DNA from: Acidobacteriota bacterium
GTDB lineage: Bacteria; Acidobacteriota; Vicinamibacteria; Vicinamibacterales; UBA2999
Length of the DNA stretch: 52,910 bases
NCBI GenBank assembly: GCA_046732795.1
Contig: JBKPNV010000024.1
Location: 1-52,910, forward strand
Direction: 5' to 3'
Shown here piece after piece: positions 36,933 through 46,284 of the stretch. Position 1 is the stretch's first letter. Every line of letters begins with the position of its first letter. A model generated the notes under the pieces. The model had not been told where the DNA came from. It saw nothing but the letters and a program-made list of their open reading frames with translations, and searched no databases. The position numbers and the translations under genes were made by a program.

Positions 36933-38684
36933 ATGCGCCATCACTCACGGAAGCTGACGACGTCAACCTGCCTTGTCGTACTTGTCGCGTCCGCCATCAC
37001 GCTGTCCGGCCAGTACTCGCTCACGGTCAACAAGGACCGGCTGATCAATTCGGACAAAGAGCCGCAGAACTGGCTGCTGATGAACGGCGACTACGGCTCG
37101 CTGCGCTACTCGAGGCTCACGCAGATCAACCGCGACAACGTCAAGAACCTGCGCATGGTGTGGGCGATGGCGCTCGGCGGGATGCAGGACGTCGGGCAGA
37201 ACGGTCCCGAGAACGAGATCAATCCGCTCATCGACAACGGTTTCATGTACACGAGCGACGGCTGGGGCACGATCTACAAGATCGACGCTCGCGACCCGAA
37301 TCGTGGCAAGTTCGTCTGGGTCGCAGACCCCGGCGTGCCGCATGAGGGCAACGCTTCGCGGACGCGCGGCATCGCGCTGTGGGAAGACAAGGTGCTGGCC
37401 AACCTGCCCGACGGCCGCGTCATCGCCATCAACCGCGAGAACGGCGAGATCGTCTGGGACAAGAAGATCGCCGTGAAGAACGAGTTCGGCGGCCAGGAGC
37501 GGCTCTCGGCCGCACCGCTCGTCGCCGATGGCAAGGTGCTCATCCAGAACGGCGCCGGCGACGCTGGCACACGCGGCTGGGTTGCCGCGCTCGACGTGAA
37601 CACCGGCAACGAGCTGTGGCGCTGGTACACCGTGCCCAAGCCGGGCGAGCCCGGCAGCGAGACGTGGAAAGACGATCACAACGCGTGGAAAACCGGCGGA
37701 GGCGGCGTCTGGCAGACCGGCTCGTACGATGCGGCACAGAACCTGTACATCTTCGGTACCGGCAATCCCGTCCCCATTTACGATCCGCAGTTCCGTCCCG
37801 GCGACAATCTCTACACCAACTCTGTCGTCGCGCTGAACGTGGCCACCGGCAAGATGGCGTGGTACTTCCAGTACACGCCGAGCGACTCGTGGGATTACGA
37901 CGAGGCCGGCGTGTTCATGCTCTACGACACGACGCTGGGCGGACGGGCGCGGAAGGTCGTGGGCCATTACGCGCGCAACGGCTTCTTCTATACGGTGGAC
38001 CGCACCAACGGCCGGTTCATCGCTGCCGAGAAGTACGTGAACGATCTCAACTGGACCAAGGGCATCGATCAGGAAACCGGCAAACCCGTCGACTACAACC
38101 CGAAACTCGACGTGCAGGTCTACAACCCGGAAGCGCGCGCGCTGCGCGGCGATCCCAAGAAGCGCACCTGCCCGACCTGGCACGGCGGTGTCGCGCATCA
38201 GCCGATGGCCTACAACCCGGTGAAGAAGATCGCGTATGGCGTGGGGACCGAGGGCTGCTTCTCGCAGAACGGCGCCGCTGTTGGCGTGTTGTCGAAGGAT
38301 GGGGGCATGGACAACAAGAACAGCCAGCAGCGGCAGTACAGCAGCGACTTGTACTACGGCTCGCTGACCGCGTTCGACGCGGTGAATCACAAGGTGCTGG
38401 CGAAGGCAATCACGGAAATCGAGATTCGATCCGGCGCGCTGGCGACGGCCGGCGGTGTGGTGTTCACCGCGCTGCAGGATGGCTGGGTCGTGGCCTACAA
38501 CGACGAGACGCTCGAGGAGCTGTGGCGCTTCAACGTCGGCACGCCGCTCAAGGGCGCGCCGGTCACGTACGCAATCGGGCCGAAGCAGTACCTCGCCGTG
38601 CAGGCCGGCGGCCGTCACCTGCATCCCGTGAACTGGGACAAGCTGGAGAATTCAAGCTACCTGTTCGTGTTCGCGTTGAATTGA
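36933..38684 (+). CDS. Exported PQQ-dependent methanol/ethanol-dehydrogenase-like protein
   Basis: GGAG RBS; EPQNWL..GDY...RYS.L.QIN..NV.NL, W.TGSYD, GTGNP, RPGDNLYT, WDYD, RNGFFY, CP, APVTY. Confidence 0.9.
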   Translation: MRHHSRKLTTSTCLVVLVASAITLSGQYSLTVNKDRLINSDKEPQNWLLMNGDYGSLRYSRLTQINRDNVKNLRMVWAMALGGMQDVGQNGPENEINPLIDNGFMYTSDGWGTIYKIDARDPNRGKFVWVADPGVPHEGNASRTRGIALWEDKVLANLPDGRVIAINRENGEIVWDKKIAVKNEFGGQERLSAAPLVADGKVLIQNGAGDAGTRGWVAALDVNTGNELWRWYTVPKPGEPGSETWKDDHNAWKTGGGGVWQTGSYDAAQNLYIFGTGNPVPIYDPQFRPGDNLYTNSVVALNVATGKMAWYFQYTPSDSWDYDEAGVFMLYDTTLGGRARKVVGHYARNGFFYTVDRTNGRFIAAEKYVNDLNWTKGIDQETGKPVDYNPKLDVQVYNPEARALRGDPKKRTCPTWHGGVAHQPMAYNPVKKIAYGVGTEGCFSQNGAAVGVLSKDGGMDNKNSQQRQYSSDLYYGSLTAFDAVNHKVLAKAITEIEIRSGALATAGGVVFTALQDGWVVAYNDETLEELWRFNVGTPLKGAPVTYAIGPKQYLAVQAGGRHLHPVNWDKLENSSYLFVFALN

Positions 38685-38697
38685 TCTCGCGAGGGAT

Positions 38698-38907
38698 ACG
38701 GGGAAACGGATCACCGGAGCAACGAAGACGCGGGAGCACCAACGGCGCCGCCATGCCGGTGGCGCGCTTCGCGCGGCTTGGATATAGCATCGTCGCATCA
38801 CGAGCCTGCAGTCGATCGCGTAAGGCTTGTGAGTTGCGGTGACGCTCTATTCGTCGGCCGGCCGAGGCCGGTGGTCAGCCATGTCCTCCGCCATCTCCGT
38901 TACCTCG
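38698..38907 (+). repeat. About 200-nt structured non-coding element, family G copy 1
   Basis: ACGG-periodic left end, CTCCG-periodic right end, internal long hairpin TCACGAGCCT / AGGCTTGTGA. Confidence 0.55.
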
Positions 38908-38924
38908 ACGACGAGGAGAGCCAC

Positions 38925-39545
38925 ATGAAGCCGATTATCCTGCTCGCATTCATGGCCGTATTCGCCGGTCACGCACAAGCCCAGGATCGCATGCCGCCGG
39001 TTCCGGCGGAGAAGATGACTGATGCGCAGAAGAAAGCAGTCGCCGACTATAAGGCTCTTCGCAATACCGATCTCACCGGCCCACCGTGGACCGTCCTCCT
39101 GCGCGTTCCCGATCTCGTGGTGCCATCGTTGCAACTCCGCCTCCACAATCAGCAGAACAGCGCGCTCAGCCCGAAGCTCACCGAGATGGCGATCCTGATT
39201 GCGGCCCGGCACCTGACGAACAGCTTCGAATTCAACGCGCATTACACGCTCGCCGTGAAAGCCGGTCTGAGCGCCGACGTCATCGCGGCGGTCGCGGAAG
39301 GACGGCGGCCCGAGCACATGGGGGAGGACGAGGCGATCCTTCACGATTTCTGCGTCGAGCTCCTCCAGAACAAGGCCGTCAGCGATGGAACCTATGCGCG
39401 GGCACTCGGCAAGTTCGGCGAAGCGGGCGTCGTCGAAGCCGCCAGCCTCCAGGGGTACTACACGTTCCTCGCCATGGTGATGAACGTGGCGCGATCGCCT
39501 TCGCCCGCGAACGCGACACAAACGCTCCTGCCCTACGTGAGATAG
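38925..39545 (+). CDS. Exported CMD/AhpD-like protein
   Basis: AGGAG RBS, signal AQA|QDRMPP, GPP...LLR.P, L.E.AIL.AAR.....EF..H...A..AG, GYY. Confidence 0.8.
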   Translation: MKPIILLAFMAVFAGHAQAQDRMPPVPAEKMTDAQKKAVADYKALRNTDLTGPPWTVLLRVPDLVVPSLQLRLHNQQNSALSPKLTEMAILIAARHLTNSFEFNAHYTLAVKAGLSADVIAAVAEGRRPEHMGEDEAILHDFCVELLQNKAVSDGTYARALGKFGEAGVVEAASLQGYYTFLAMVMNVARSPSPANATQTLLPYVR

Positions 39546-39561
39546 TCCACCACACTGCGAC

Positions 39562-41154
39562 ATGTCGATCAGATTCGCGCACGCGCGCGCCTTCGTCAGC
39601 GCTGTCGTCGCGTTGGCGACGATGTCGAACGGCGGCACCGCGCAACAGCACGCGGCGGAACCGCTATGCGGCTCGCTGCTTGAATGCTGCACTGGTTGTG
39701 ACTCGCATGGCGGTGCGGGGCGCGCGGCGCGTCCCACGAGATCGTGGCAACCAGCCATGGGCCCTGGGGGCTTGTCAGCCGCTCAGCCCTTGGCTGGTTT
39801 CGACGGCTATTTCAGCGACAAGACCATGCGGGTCGATTACTTTCACTCCGGTGGCCTGGGACAGGAGATTGTCGCGCTCGATCGGGTCGTGTCCGACGGC
39901 CCGTGGCCGGGCAGCCGCACGCGCCTGGTGGATGACACCAATCTCGGCAAGTATCTGTTCGAGGTGATCGATCGCGGTTCGAACCTCGTGATCTACTCGC
40001 GCGGCTTCGCGTCGATCTACGGCGAGTGGGAAACGACGGCGGAATACAAGACGCTGCACCGTACGTTTCCGGAGTCGCTGCGATTTCCGTGGCCGAAGCA
40101 GCCCGTACAAGTCGTGCTGAAGAAGCGCGATGCCGGGAACAGCTTCCGCGAGATCTGGTCAACCGTCGTCGATCCTGCCTCGCGCTTCGTGAATCCAGCC
40201 GACCTGCCGTCAGCAGGGAAGCTCTGGACTGTCTTCGAAAACGGTCCGGCGTCGACGAAGGTGGATCTTCTGGTCCTCAGTGAGGGCTACGCCGCCGATC
40301 AGATCGACAAGTTCCATGCCGACGTCAACCGCCTCGTGACTCGCCTGTTCGAATACGACCCGTTCAAGTCGCGGCGCGCCGATTTCAACGTGCGGGCGCT
40401 CGATCTTCCCTCCCCGCGCTCAGGCGTCAACCGCGCGCGGGCGCAATCGTTCCGGCGGACGCCACTGTCGGTCGAGTTCAACATCTTCGACAGCGAGCGC
40501 TACGTGCTCACCTACGACGATCGCACGCTGCGCAACATCGCGTCCTCGGCGCCCTATGAATTCATCGAAGTGCTGGTGAACGAAGAGCAGTACGGTGGAG
40601 GCGGCATCTTCAACTTTCAAGCCACGGCTTCGGTCGATCACGCCTACGCCGAGTACGTATTCGTGCACGAGTTCGGTCACCATTTCGCGGGACTGGCAGA
40701 CGAGTACTACACGTCTGACGTCGCGTACGAGACCGGCGCCGCCGAACACGTCGAGCCGTGGGAGCCAAACGCAACCGCAATGCACGATCCCTCTCGCCTG
40801 AAATGGCGCGACCTCGTCGAATCAGGCACGCCGCTGCCCACGCCGTGGGAAAAGGAGTCGTACGAGAAACAGAGCCGCGACTCGCAGGCACGCAGACGGA
40901 AGCTGCTTGCGTCCAATGCGCCGCAGTCGGAGATCGACAAGCTATTCCGCGAAGAAGAGTCGTGGTCGACGAAACTGCTCGGCGGAATGAAGTTCGCCGG
41001 GAAGGTCGGCGCCTTCGAAGGCGCATCGTACGAGGCCAAAGGGTTGTACCGGCCCGAGGCGGACTGCATCATGTTCACCCGCGACCCGGTCGGATTCTGC
41101 CGCGTGTGCCGCCGCGCGATCGAGCGCATCATCGACCTCTACGCGCGACCGTAG
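39562..41154 (+). CDS. Peptidase M64 (IgA peptidase) family metalloprotease
   Basis: F...TMRVDY.H.G, YGGGGI, HEFGHHFAGLADEY, EPWEPN, FEGA.Y...G.YRP..DC.M...FC.VC. Confidence 0.9.
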   Translation: MSIRFAHARAFVSAVVALATMSNGGTAQQHAAEPLCGSLLECCTGCDSHGGAGRAARPTRSWQPAMGPGGLSAAQPLAGFDGYFSDKTMRVDYFHSGGLGQEIVALDRVVSDGPWPGSRTRLVDDTNLGKYLFEVIDRGSNLVIYSRGFASIYGEWETTAEYKTLHRTFPESLRFPWPKQPVQVVLKKRDAGNSFREIWSTVVDPASRFVNPADLPSAGKLWTVFENGPASTKVDLLVLSEGYAADQIDKFHADVNRLVTRLFEYDPFKSRRADFNVRALDLPSPRSGVNRARAQSFRRTPLSVEFNIFDSERYVLTYDDRTLRNIASSAPYEFIEVLVNEEQYGGGGIFNFQATASVDHAYAEYVFVHEFGHHFAGLADEYYTSDVAYETGAAEHVEPWEPNATAMHDPSRLKWRDLVESGTPLPTPWEKESYEKQSRDSQARRRKLLASNAPQSEIDKLFREEESWSTKLLGGMKFAGKVGAFEGASYEAKGLYRPEADCIMFTRDPVGFCRVCRRAIERIIDLYARP

Positions 41155-41161
41155 TCCTGGG

Positions 41162-41313
41162 CGATTTCACTCGTCACCGGCCAACATTGCCAACTCTTGG
41201 CTTGTGAAAGGGGCGGCGCCCGTTCCACGCCGCGCAGCACGCGGCCTGGCGTGGCACTCCCGTTCCATTCTCCGCGTCTCCGCGGTTTGCCGTTTGTTCC
41301 GAAGTCCCCGTTT
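41162..41313 (-). repeat. Family G copy 2 (partial, inverted relative to copy 1)
   Basis: Minus strand ACGGGGA..AGACGCGGAG..AACGG..GCCACGCC..GCGCGGCGTGGA..TCACAAGCC is collinear with copy 1. Confidence 0.5.
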
Positions 41314-41322
41314 ACTCTCTGC

Positions 41323-43275
41323 TCACGGCAGGCTCAGCGCCACATATTCCGCGGCGTGCTCGCGAGATCCAATCGCAACAACGATGTACTGCTTGCCGCG
41401 GAACATGTAGGTCATCGGCGCCCCCGTGGTGCCGGCGGGCAGCTCGGTTTCCCACAGCACTTGCCCGGTCGCCTTGTCATAAGCGCGAAACTCACGTCCA
41501 CCAGCACCAGGAGCCAATGAAAGCGGCATGCTCTTTGGTGTGCGCTCCGGCGCCGCCATGATCGGATCGCCTTCGCCCACGAACAGCAGGGTCTTCGTCG
41601 CCAGCGGAGAGCTGCGACCCGGGTTTCCGAGCGGCGGCAACTTGAGCGGCTTGAGTAGCGGGTGGTCGCGCGGACCATCACCGTTCGCGACCATCCACGC
41701 GATCGTTCCCTTGTTGAGATCGATTGCTGTGATGCGGCCGTACGGCGGCTTGAGTAGCGGAAGGCCCATTGGCGCCGGTGGGTACTCGCGCGTGCCGCGA
41801 GTGAACGTCAGATTCGTCTTTGCCGCATCACCTGGAATGATGTCGGCCACGAACGGACCGGTGATTGACTGCACGTACAAGAAACCAGTGTCGGGATCGA
41901 AGGCGCCGCCCTGCCAATCGGCGCCGCCGACCGAACCTGGCAGCTGAATCGTGCCTTTGGTGTCGTTCGGCCCAGGTCCCTTGATCGAGGGTGGCGTGAA
42001 CAACGGGCCGATGACGTAGTGCTTGACGATATCGAGCGCGGCGGCACGCAGTTCCGGCGTGAAGTCGATGAGATCGTCGACGGTAACGCCTTGTCGGTCG
42101 AACGCCGGTGGCTTCGTCGGGAAGGGCTGGGTCGCCGCTGTCTGCTCACCGGGCGTCTTCGACTGTGGCACGGGCCGATCTTCGATCGGCCACACGGGCT
42201 GACCCGTGGCGCGATCGAAGACGAAGGCAAACGCCTGTTTCGTCAACTGCACCACGGACCGGATGCGCCGGCCGTCGACGGTGATGTCGGCGAGAATCGG
42301 CGCCGCCGGCAGGTCGTAGTCCCACAGATCGTGACGTACGAGCTGGTAATGCCACACGCGCTTTCCCGTCTGGCACTCGACGGCGATCAGCGTGTCCGAG
42401 AACAGATTGTCGCCGGGACGATGGCCGCCGTACATGTCGCTCGTCGGACTGGTGAGCGGCAGGTACGCGTACCCGAGCTGCTCATCGACGCTGATGAGCG
42501 ACCAGAGGTTGGCATGTCCCGTGTACTGCCACGAGTTGTCCTTCCATGTATCGACGCCGAACTCTCCGCCGCGCGGGACGACATGAAACGTCCAGCGCAG
42601 TTGCCCGGTGCGAACGTCGTAGCCCCTCACGTCGCCCGGGGTTCCCTCCTTGCGCGGCGGCGAGTCGCTCATCGACGCGCCAACGATGACGACGTCCCGG
42701 CACACGCGTGGCGCGCCACTCCACGAGTACGGGTCCTTGTCTGAACCCAGATGCAGATTGACGGCGCCGGCGGTGCCGAACGTCGAATACGGCTGTCCGG
42801 TCTTTGCGTTCAACGCGATCAGGCTCTCGCCGCGCTGCACGAAAATCCGTTCGTCGCTCGCGTCGCGCCAAAAGGCGACACCGCGGGTGCTGGTGCCGCG
42901 CAAAGCGTCCGGACCGGCTCCGGGCTCCTGAATCCAGATCGTCTTGCCCGTGCCCGGATCGAACGCCTCGACGAGGCCGACGCCGTTCGGCGAATACAGC
43001 ACCCCGCCGATCATCACCGGCGTCGCACGGAAGTTGTTCTGCACTTGCAGCTTCGGATCTTTTCCGCTGAGCAGCGGATCGACGGCGGGGCGCCGCCACG
43101 CGATCCGGAGATTCTTCACGTTGGCGCGATTGATCTGATCGAGCGGTGCGTATTTCGTGCTGCCCGCGTCCCCGCTGTGGCTTCGCCACTCGCCATTCTC
43201 GGTTTGCGCGCCTGCAGCGCCGCTCAGACACAGGCATGTCGCCAGAACCATCGAGGTCCATCGAAGATGTTTCAT
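41323..43275 (-). CDS. Exported PQQ-dependent glucose-dehydrogenase-family protein
   Basis: KYAPLDQI, ATP, RGVAFW, HDLWDYD, GGADW.G, KPPYG, PMTY...GKQY. Confidence 0.9.
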   Translation of the reverse strand: MKHLRWTSMVLATCLCLSGAAGAQTENGEWRSHSGDAGSTKYAPLDQINRANVKNLRIAWRRPAVDPLLSGKDPKLQVQNNFRATPVMIGGVLYSPNGVGLVEAFDPGTGKTIWIQEPGAGPDALRGTSTRGVAFWRDASDERIFVQRGESLIALNAKTGQPYSTFGTAGAVNLHLGSDKDPYSWSGAPRVCRDVVIVGASMSDSPPRKEGTPGDVRGYDVRTGQLRWTFHVVPRGGEFGVDTWKDNSWQYTGHANLWSLISVDEQLGYAYLPLTSPTSDMYGGHRPGDNLFSDTLIAVECQTGKRVWHYQLVRHDLWDYDLPAAPILADITVDGRRIRSVVQLTKQAFAFVFDRATGQPVWPIEDRPVPQSKTPGEQTAATQPFPTKPPAFDRQGVTVDDLIDFTPELRAAALDIVKHYVIGPLFTPPSIKGPGPNDTKGTIQLPGSVGGADWQGGAFDPDTGFLYVQSITGPFVADIIPGDAAKTNLTFTRGTREYPPAPMGLPLLKPPYGRITAIDLNKGTIAWMVANGDGPRDHPLLKPLKLPPLGNPGRSSPLATKTLLFVGEGDPIMAAPERTPKSMPLSLAPGAGGREFRAYDKATGQVLWETELPAGTTGAPMTYMFRGKQYIVVAIGSREHAAEYVALSLP

Positions 43276-43585
43276 CGCTTCATCTCCCGCCCCGCCATCG
43301 GTCCGCCTTCACCCGGACCTACCCACGCAATGTCATTGACGGCGGCTGATCTTACTCCTCTACTCGGCCGAGAGATCTTGGTGGCTCCATGCTTCGTGGT
43401 CACCGCAGACTTGCTATCAAAGACCTTGGGGATTGGGCGGTATCCGTTTACCGGGTCCGACTTCAAACCGCGAAGGACGCACGGACGCCTGATCGCATCA
43501 TCGACCCGATTGGTGAGGCACAGTTGGGAGTTGGCAGTTGGGAGCTGTTTGACACCAGGGAACGCGCCAAACAGAATCGAGAGTC

Positions 43586-44851
43586 ATGGGCTCATCGAAG
43601 CGGCTCGCGATCCTCGTCGGCGGCGGGCCCGCTCCCGGCATCAATGCGGTCATATCCGCCGCGACGATCCAGGCAGTCAACCAGGGTTTCGAGGTCATTG
43701 GTATTCGCGACGGTTTCAAACGCCTCGTGCGCCGCGATCCAACCGCGCTGCAGCCGCTCACGATTGACGACGTCTCACGCGTGCACTTGATTGGCGGATC
43801 GATCCTGGGGACATCACGCGAGAACCCGACCAAGTCTCCAGAGGCCACCCGCGCCGTGATCGACACGCTGCGCGGCGCGGCAGTCACCGATCTCGTGACG
43901 ATCGGCGGTGATGACACGGCGCTCTCCTCGCGCTACATCAGCGAGCGATCGGCCGGTGCGATCCGCAGCGTGCACGTGCCCAAGACGATCGACAACGATC
44001 TGCCGTTGCCACCGCATGTGCCCACGTTCGGGTTCCAGACTGCGCGGCACATCGGCGTGGAGCTCGTCCGCAATCTCATGGAAGACGCCAGGTCCACGCG
44101 CCGCTGGTACGTCGTTGTGGCGATGGGCCGCAAGGCGGGACATCTTGCGCTCGGCATCGGCAAGGCCGCCGGCGCCACGCTGACCGTCGTTGCCGAGGAA
44201 TATCCCTCTCGCTACGTCCCCTTCGCGACGATCTGCGACATCGTCGAGGGCGCGATTATCAAGCGCCGCGCGATGGGCCGCCACTTCGGTGTCGCCGTCC
44301 TGGCCGAAGGTCTCATCGACAAGCTCGACCCGGCAGAACTTGTCGAACTGGAAGATATCGAGCGCGACGAGCACGGGCACGTGCGATTCGCGGAAGTCGA
44401 CCTGGCGCGGAAGGTCAAGGCCGAGTTGCAGGGCCGCCTCAGCGAGCGCGGTCTTCGCGTGACGATCACCGACAAGAATGTCGGCTACGAGCTTCGCTGC
44501 GCCGATCCGATCCCCTTCGATGCCGAATACTGCCGTGACCTCGGACATGCCGCGGTGCGCTTCCTGGTTGCCGGCGGTGGCAACGCGATGATCAGCGTGC
44601 AGGGTGGCCGGCTCGTTCCCATTCCGTTCGACGATCTCGTCGAGCCGGCGACGGGCAAGACGAAGGTGCGCCTCGTGAACGTGAACAGCGAAGGGTTCCG
44701 GGTCGCCCGCGCGTACATGATTCGCCTCGAGGCCGATGACTTTGCGCACGCGGCCTGGGTCGATCGACTCGCTGATGCGGCGCACCTGACCCCCGGCGCG
44801 TTCCGTCAGCGCTTCGAGTACCTCGCCGCTGACAGCAATGACCATCGATGA
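43586..44851 (+). CDS. pfp: Pyrophosphate-dependent phosphofructokinase
   Basis: GGGPAPGIN, GGS.LGTSR, GGDD, PKTIDND, MGR.AGH, GYELRC. Confidence 0.9.
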   Translation: MGSSKRLAILVGGGPAPGINAVISAATIQAVNQGFEVIGIRDGFKRLVRRDPTALQPLTIDDVSRVHLIGGSILGTSRENPTKSPEATRAVIDTLRGAAVTDLVTIGGDDTALSSRYISERSAGAIRSVHVPKTIDNDLPLPPHVPTFGFQTARHIGVELVRNLMEDARSTRRWYVVVAMGRKAGHLALGIGKAAGATLTVVAEEYPSRYVPFATICDIVEGAIIKRRAMGRHFGVAVLAEGLIDKLDPAELVELEDIERDEHGHVRFAEVDLARKVKAELQGRLSERGLRVTITDKNVGYELRCADPIPFDAEYCRDLGHAAVRFLVAGGGNAMISVQGGRLVPIPFDDLVEPATGKTKVRLVNVNSEGFRVARAYMIRLEADDFAHAAWVDRLADAAHLTPGAFRQRFEYLAADSNDHR

Positions 44852-44984
44852 CTTGATCTTTGATGTTGATGGTTGTCGGATTGGAGATTGTTGATCGTTG
44901 ATCCGCCGAGTCGTCCGATGAATCAACGATCAACGTTCAACAATCACCAACGATTCGCGAATCAACAATCACAAATCAACAATC
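44848..44984. repeat. Family D copy 2
   Basis: GATTGTTGATCGTTGAT ... AATCAACGATCAACG ... AATCAACAATC palindromic arms. Confidence 0.8.
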
Positions 44985-45016
44985 CTCGTAAGAACCATTA
45001 AGCTGAGCTCAACCCC

Positions 45017-46279
45017 ATGCCCATCAAGCGTATCGGCGTCGTCATTGGCGGCGGACCCGCACCTGGGACCAACGGCGTCATCAGTGCCGTCGCTATCGAA
45101 GCGATCAAGGTGGGGTGGGTGCCCATCGGCTTCCACGACGGCTTCGACTGGCTCGCCCAACGCTACACGGATGAGCAGCACGAGTTGACGATCGACGAGG
45201 TCTCGCGGGTCCACCTCGATGGCGGTGTCTTCCTCGGCGCCTCGCGGCGTGACGTGACCCGTGACCCCGAGAGCCTGGAGAACACGGTTGCGGCGCTGGC
45301 CAAGCTCAAGATCGACGCCCTGGTGTGCATCGGGGGTGACGACATGGTTCGCAGCGCGGTCGCACTCGAGCGACGCGGTGGGGTGAAAGTCGTACAGGTG
45401 CCCAAGAGCATCGACAACGATCTGTGGCTGCCGCTGCCGCTTGCAACACTTGGCTACGAGACCGCGCGCCACGTGGGCGTTGGCATTGTCAAGAGTCTCA
45501 TGGAGGACGCGAAGACGACCGGCCGCTGGTACCTGGGCGTCACGATGGGAAGGCCCACCGGACATTTGACCTTGGGCATCGGCAAGGCCGTGAGCGCGAC
45601 GTGCACCATCATCCCCGAGGAATTTCCCGAAACGCCGATTTCGCTCTCCGGCATCGCCGACATCGTCGAGGGGAGCATCATCAAGCGGCGGGCAATGGGT
45701 AAATCTTACGGCGTCGCGCTGCTCTCCGAGGCGCTCGTCGAACGCTTCAGTCCACGTGAAGTGGCGGAACTGCAGGACGTCGACCGCGACGCGCAGGGCA
45801 ATATTCGAGTCACTGAGATCGATCTCGGACGGAAGGTCAAGAACGAGGTCCAGGTGCGTCTCGAACAGCGCGGCATCAAGGTCACGATCGTGGACAAGAC
45901 AATCGGATATGAACTGCGATGCGCGCCTCCGATTCCGTTCGACGCCGAGTACGCGCGCGATCTCGGCTACGCCGCCGTGACTTATCTGCTCGAGGGTGGA
46001 TCGGGCGCGCTCGTCACGATCCAGGGTGGTGAGTTCGCGCCGATTCCGTTCAGCGACGTGCTCGATGGCAGTGGCGCGGGCAGGCGGCGTCCCGTGGACG
46101 TCACGACGGAGAGCTATCACGTCGCGCGCGAATACATGGTGCGGCTTGGCCCGCGCGACTTCGAGGATGCGGCGTGGGTAGGTGCTCTGGCGAAGGCCGC
46201 CGGACTGGACGAAAACACATTCCGGGTGAAATTCGGACGGTTTGCGACTGCTTCCTCCGAAGAGCTCAAGGAAGGATAG
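45017..46279 (+). CDS. Second PPi-PFK-family paralog with divergent motifs
   Basis: GGGPAPGTN, GGDDM, PKSIDND, MGRPTGH, GYELRC. Confidence 0.85.
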   Translation: MPIKRIGVVIGGGPAPGTNGVISAVAIEAIKVGWVPIGFHDGFDWLAQRYTDEQHELTIDEVSRVHLDGGVFLGASRRDVTRDPESLENTVAALAKLKIDALVCIGGDDMVRSAVALERRGGVKVVQVPKSIDNDLWLPLPLATLGYETARHVGVGIVKSLMEDAKTTGRWYLGVTMGRPTGHLTLGIGKAVSATCTIIPEEFPETPISLSGIADIVEGSIIKRRAMGKSYGVALLSEALVERFSPREVAELQDVDRDAQGNIRVTEIDLGRKVKNEVQVRLEQRGIKVTIVDKTIGYELRCAPPIPFDAEYARDLGYAAVTYLLEGGSGALVTIQGGEFAPIPFSDVLDGSGAGRRRPVDVTTESYHVAREYMVRLGPRDFEDAAWVGALAKAAGLDENTFRVKFGRFATASSEELKEG

Positions 46280-46284
46280 GAGCC

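Noticed and set aside
36963-38842. Long antisense and alternate-frame ORFs (553 aa, 487 aa; similarly 11191-12714, 44969-46357)
   Set aside because: Shadows of strongly biased GC-rich coding sequence; no motifs or RBS.
19233-43275. D-x-D in the three GDH-type enzymes as a lanthanide signature
   Set aside because: Ca/Mg-dependent membrane glucose dehydrogenases also have WDxD, so it is not diagnostic in that subfamily.
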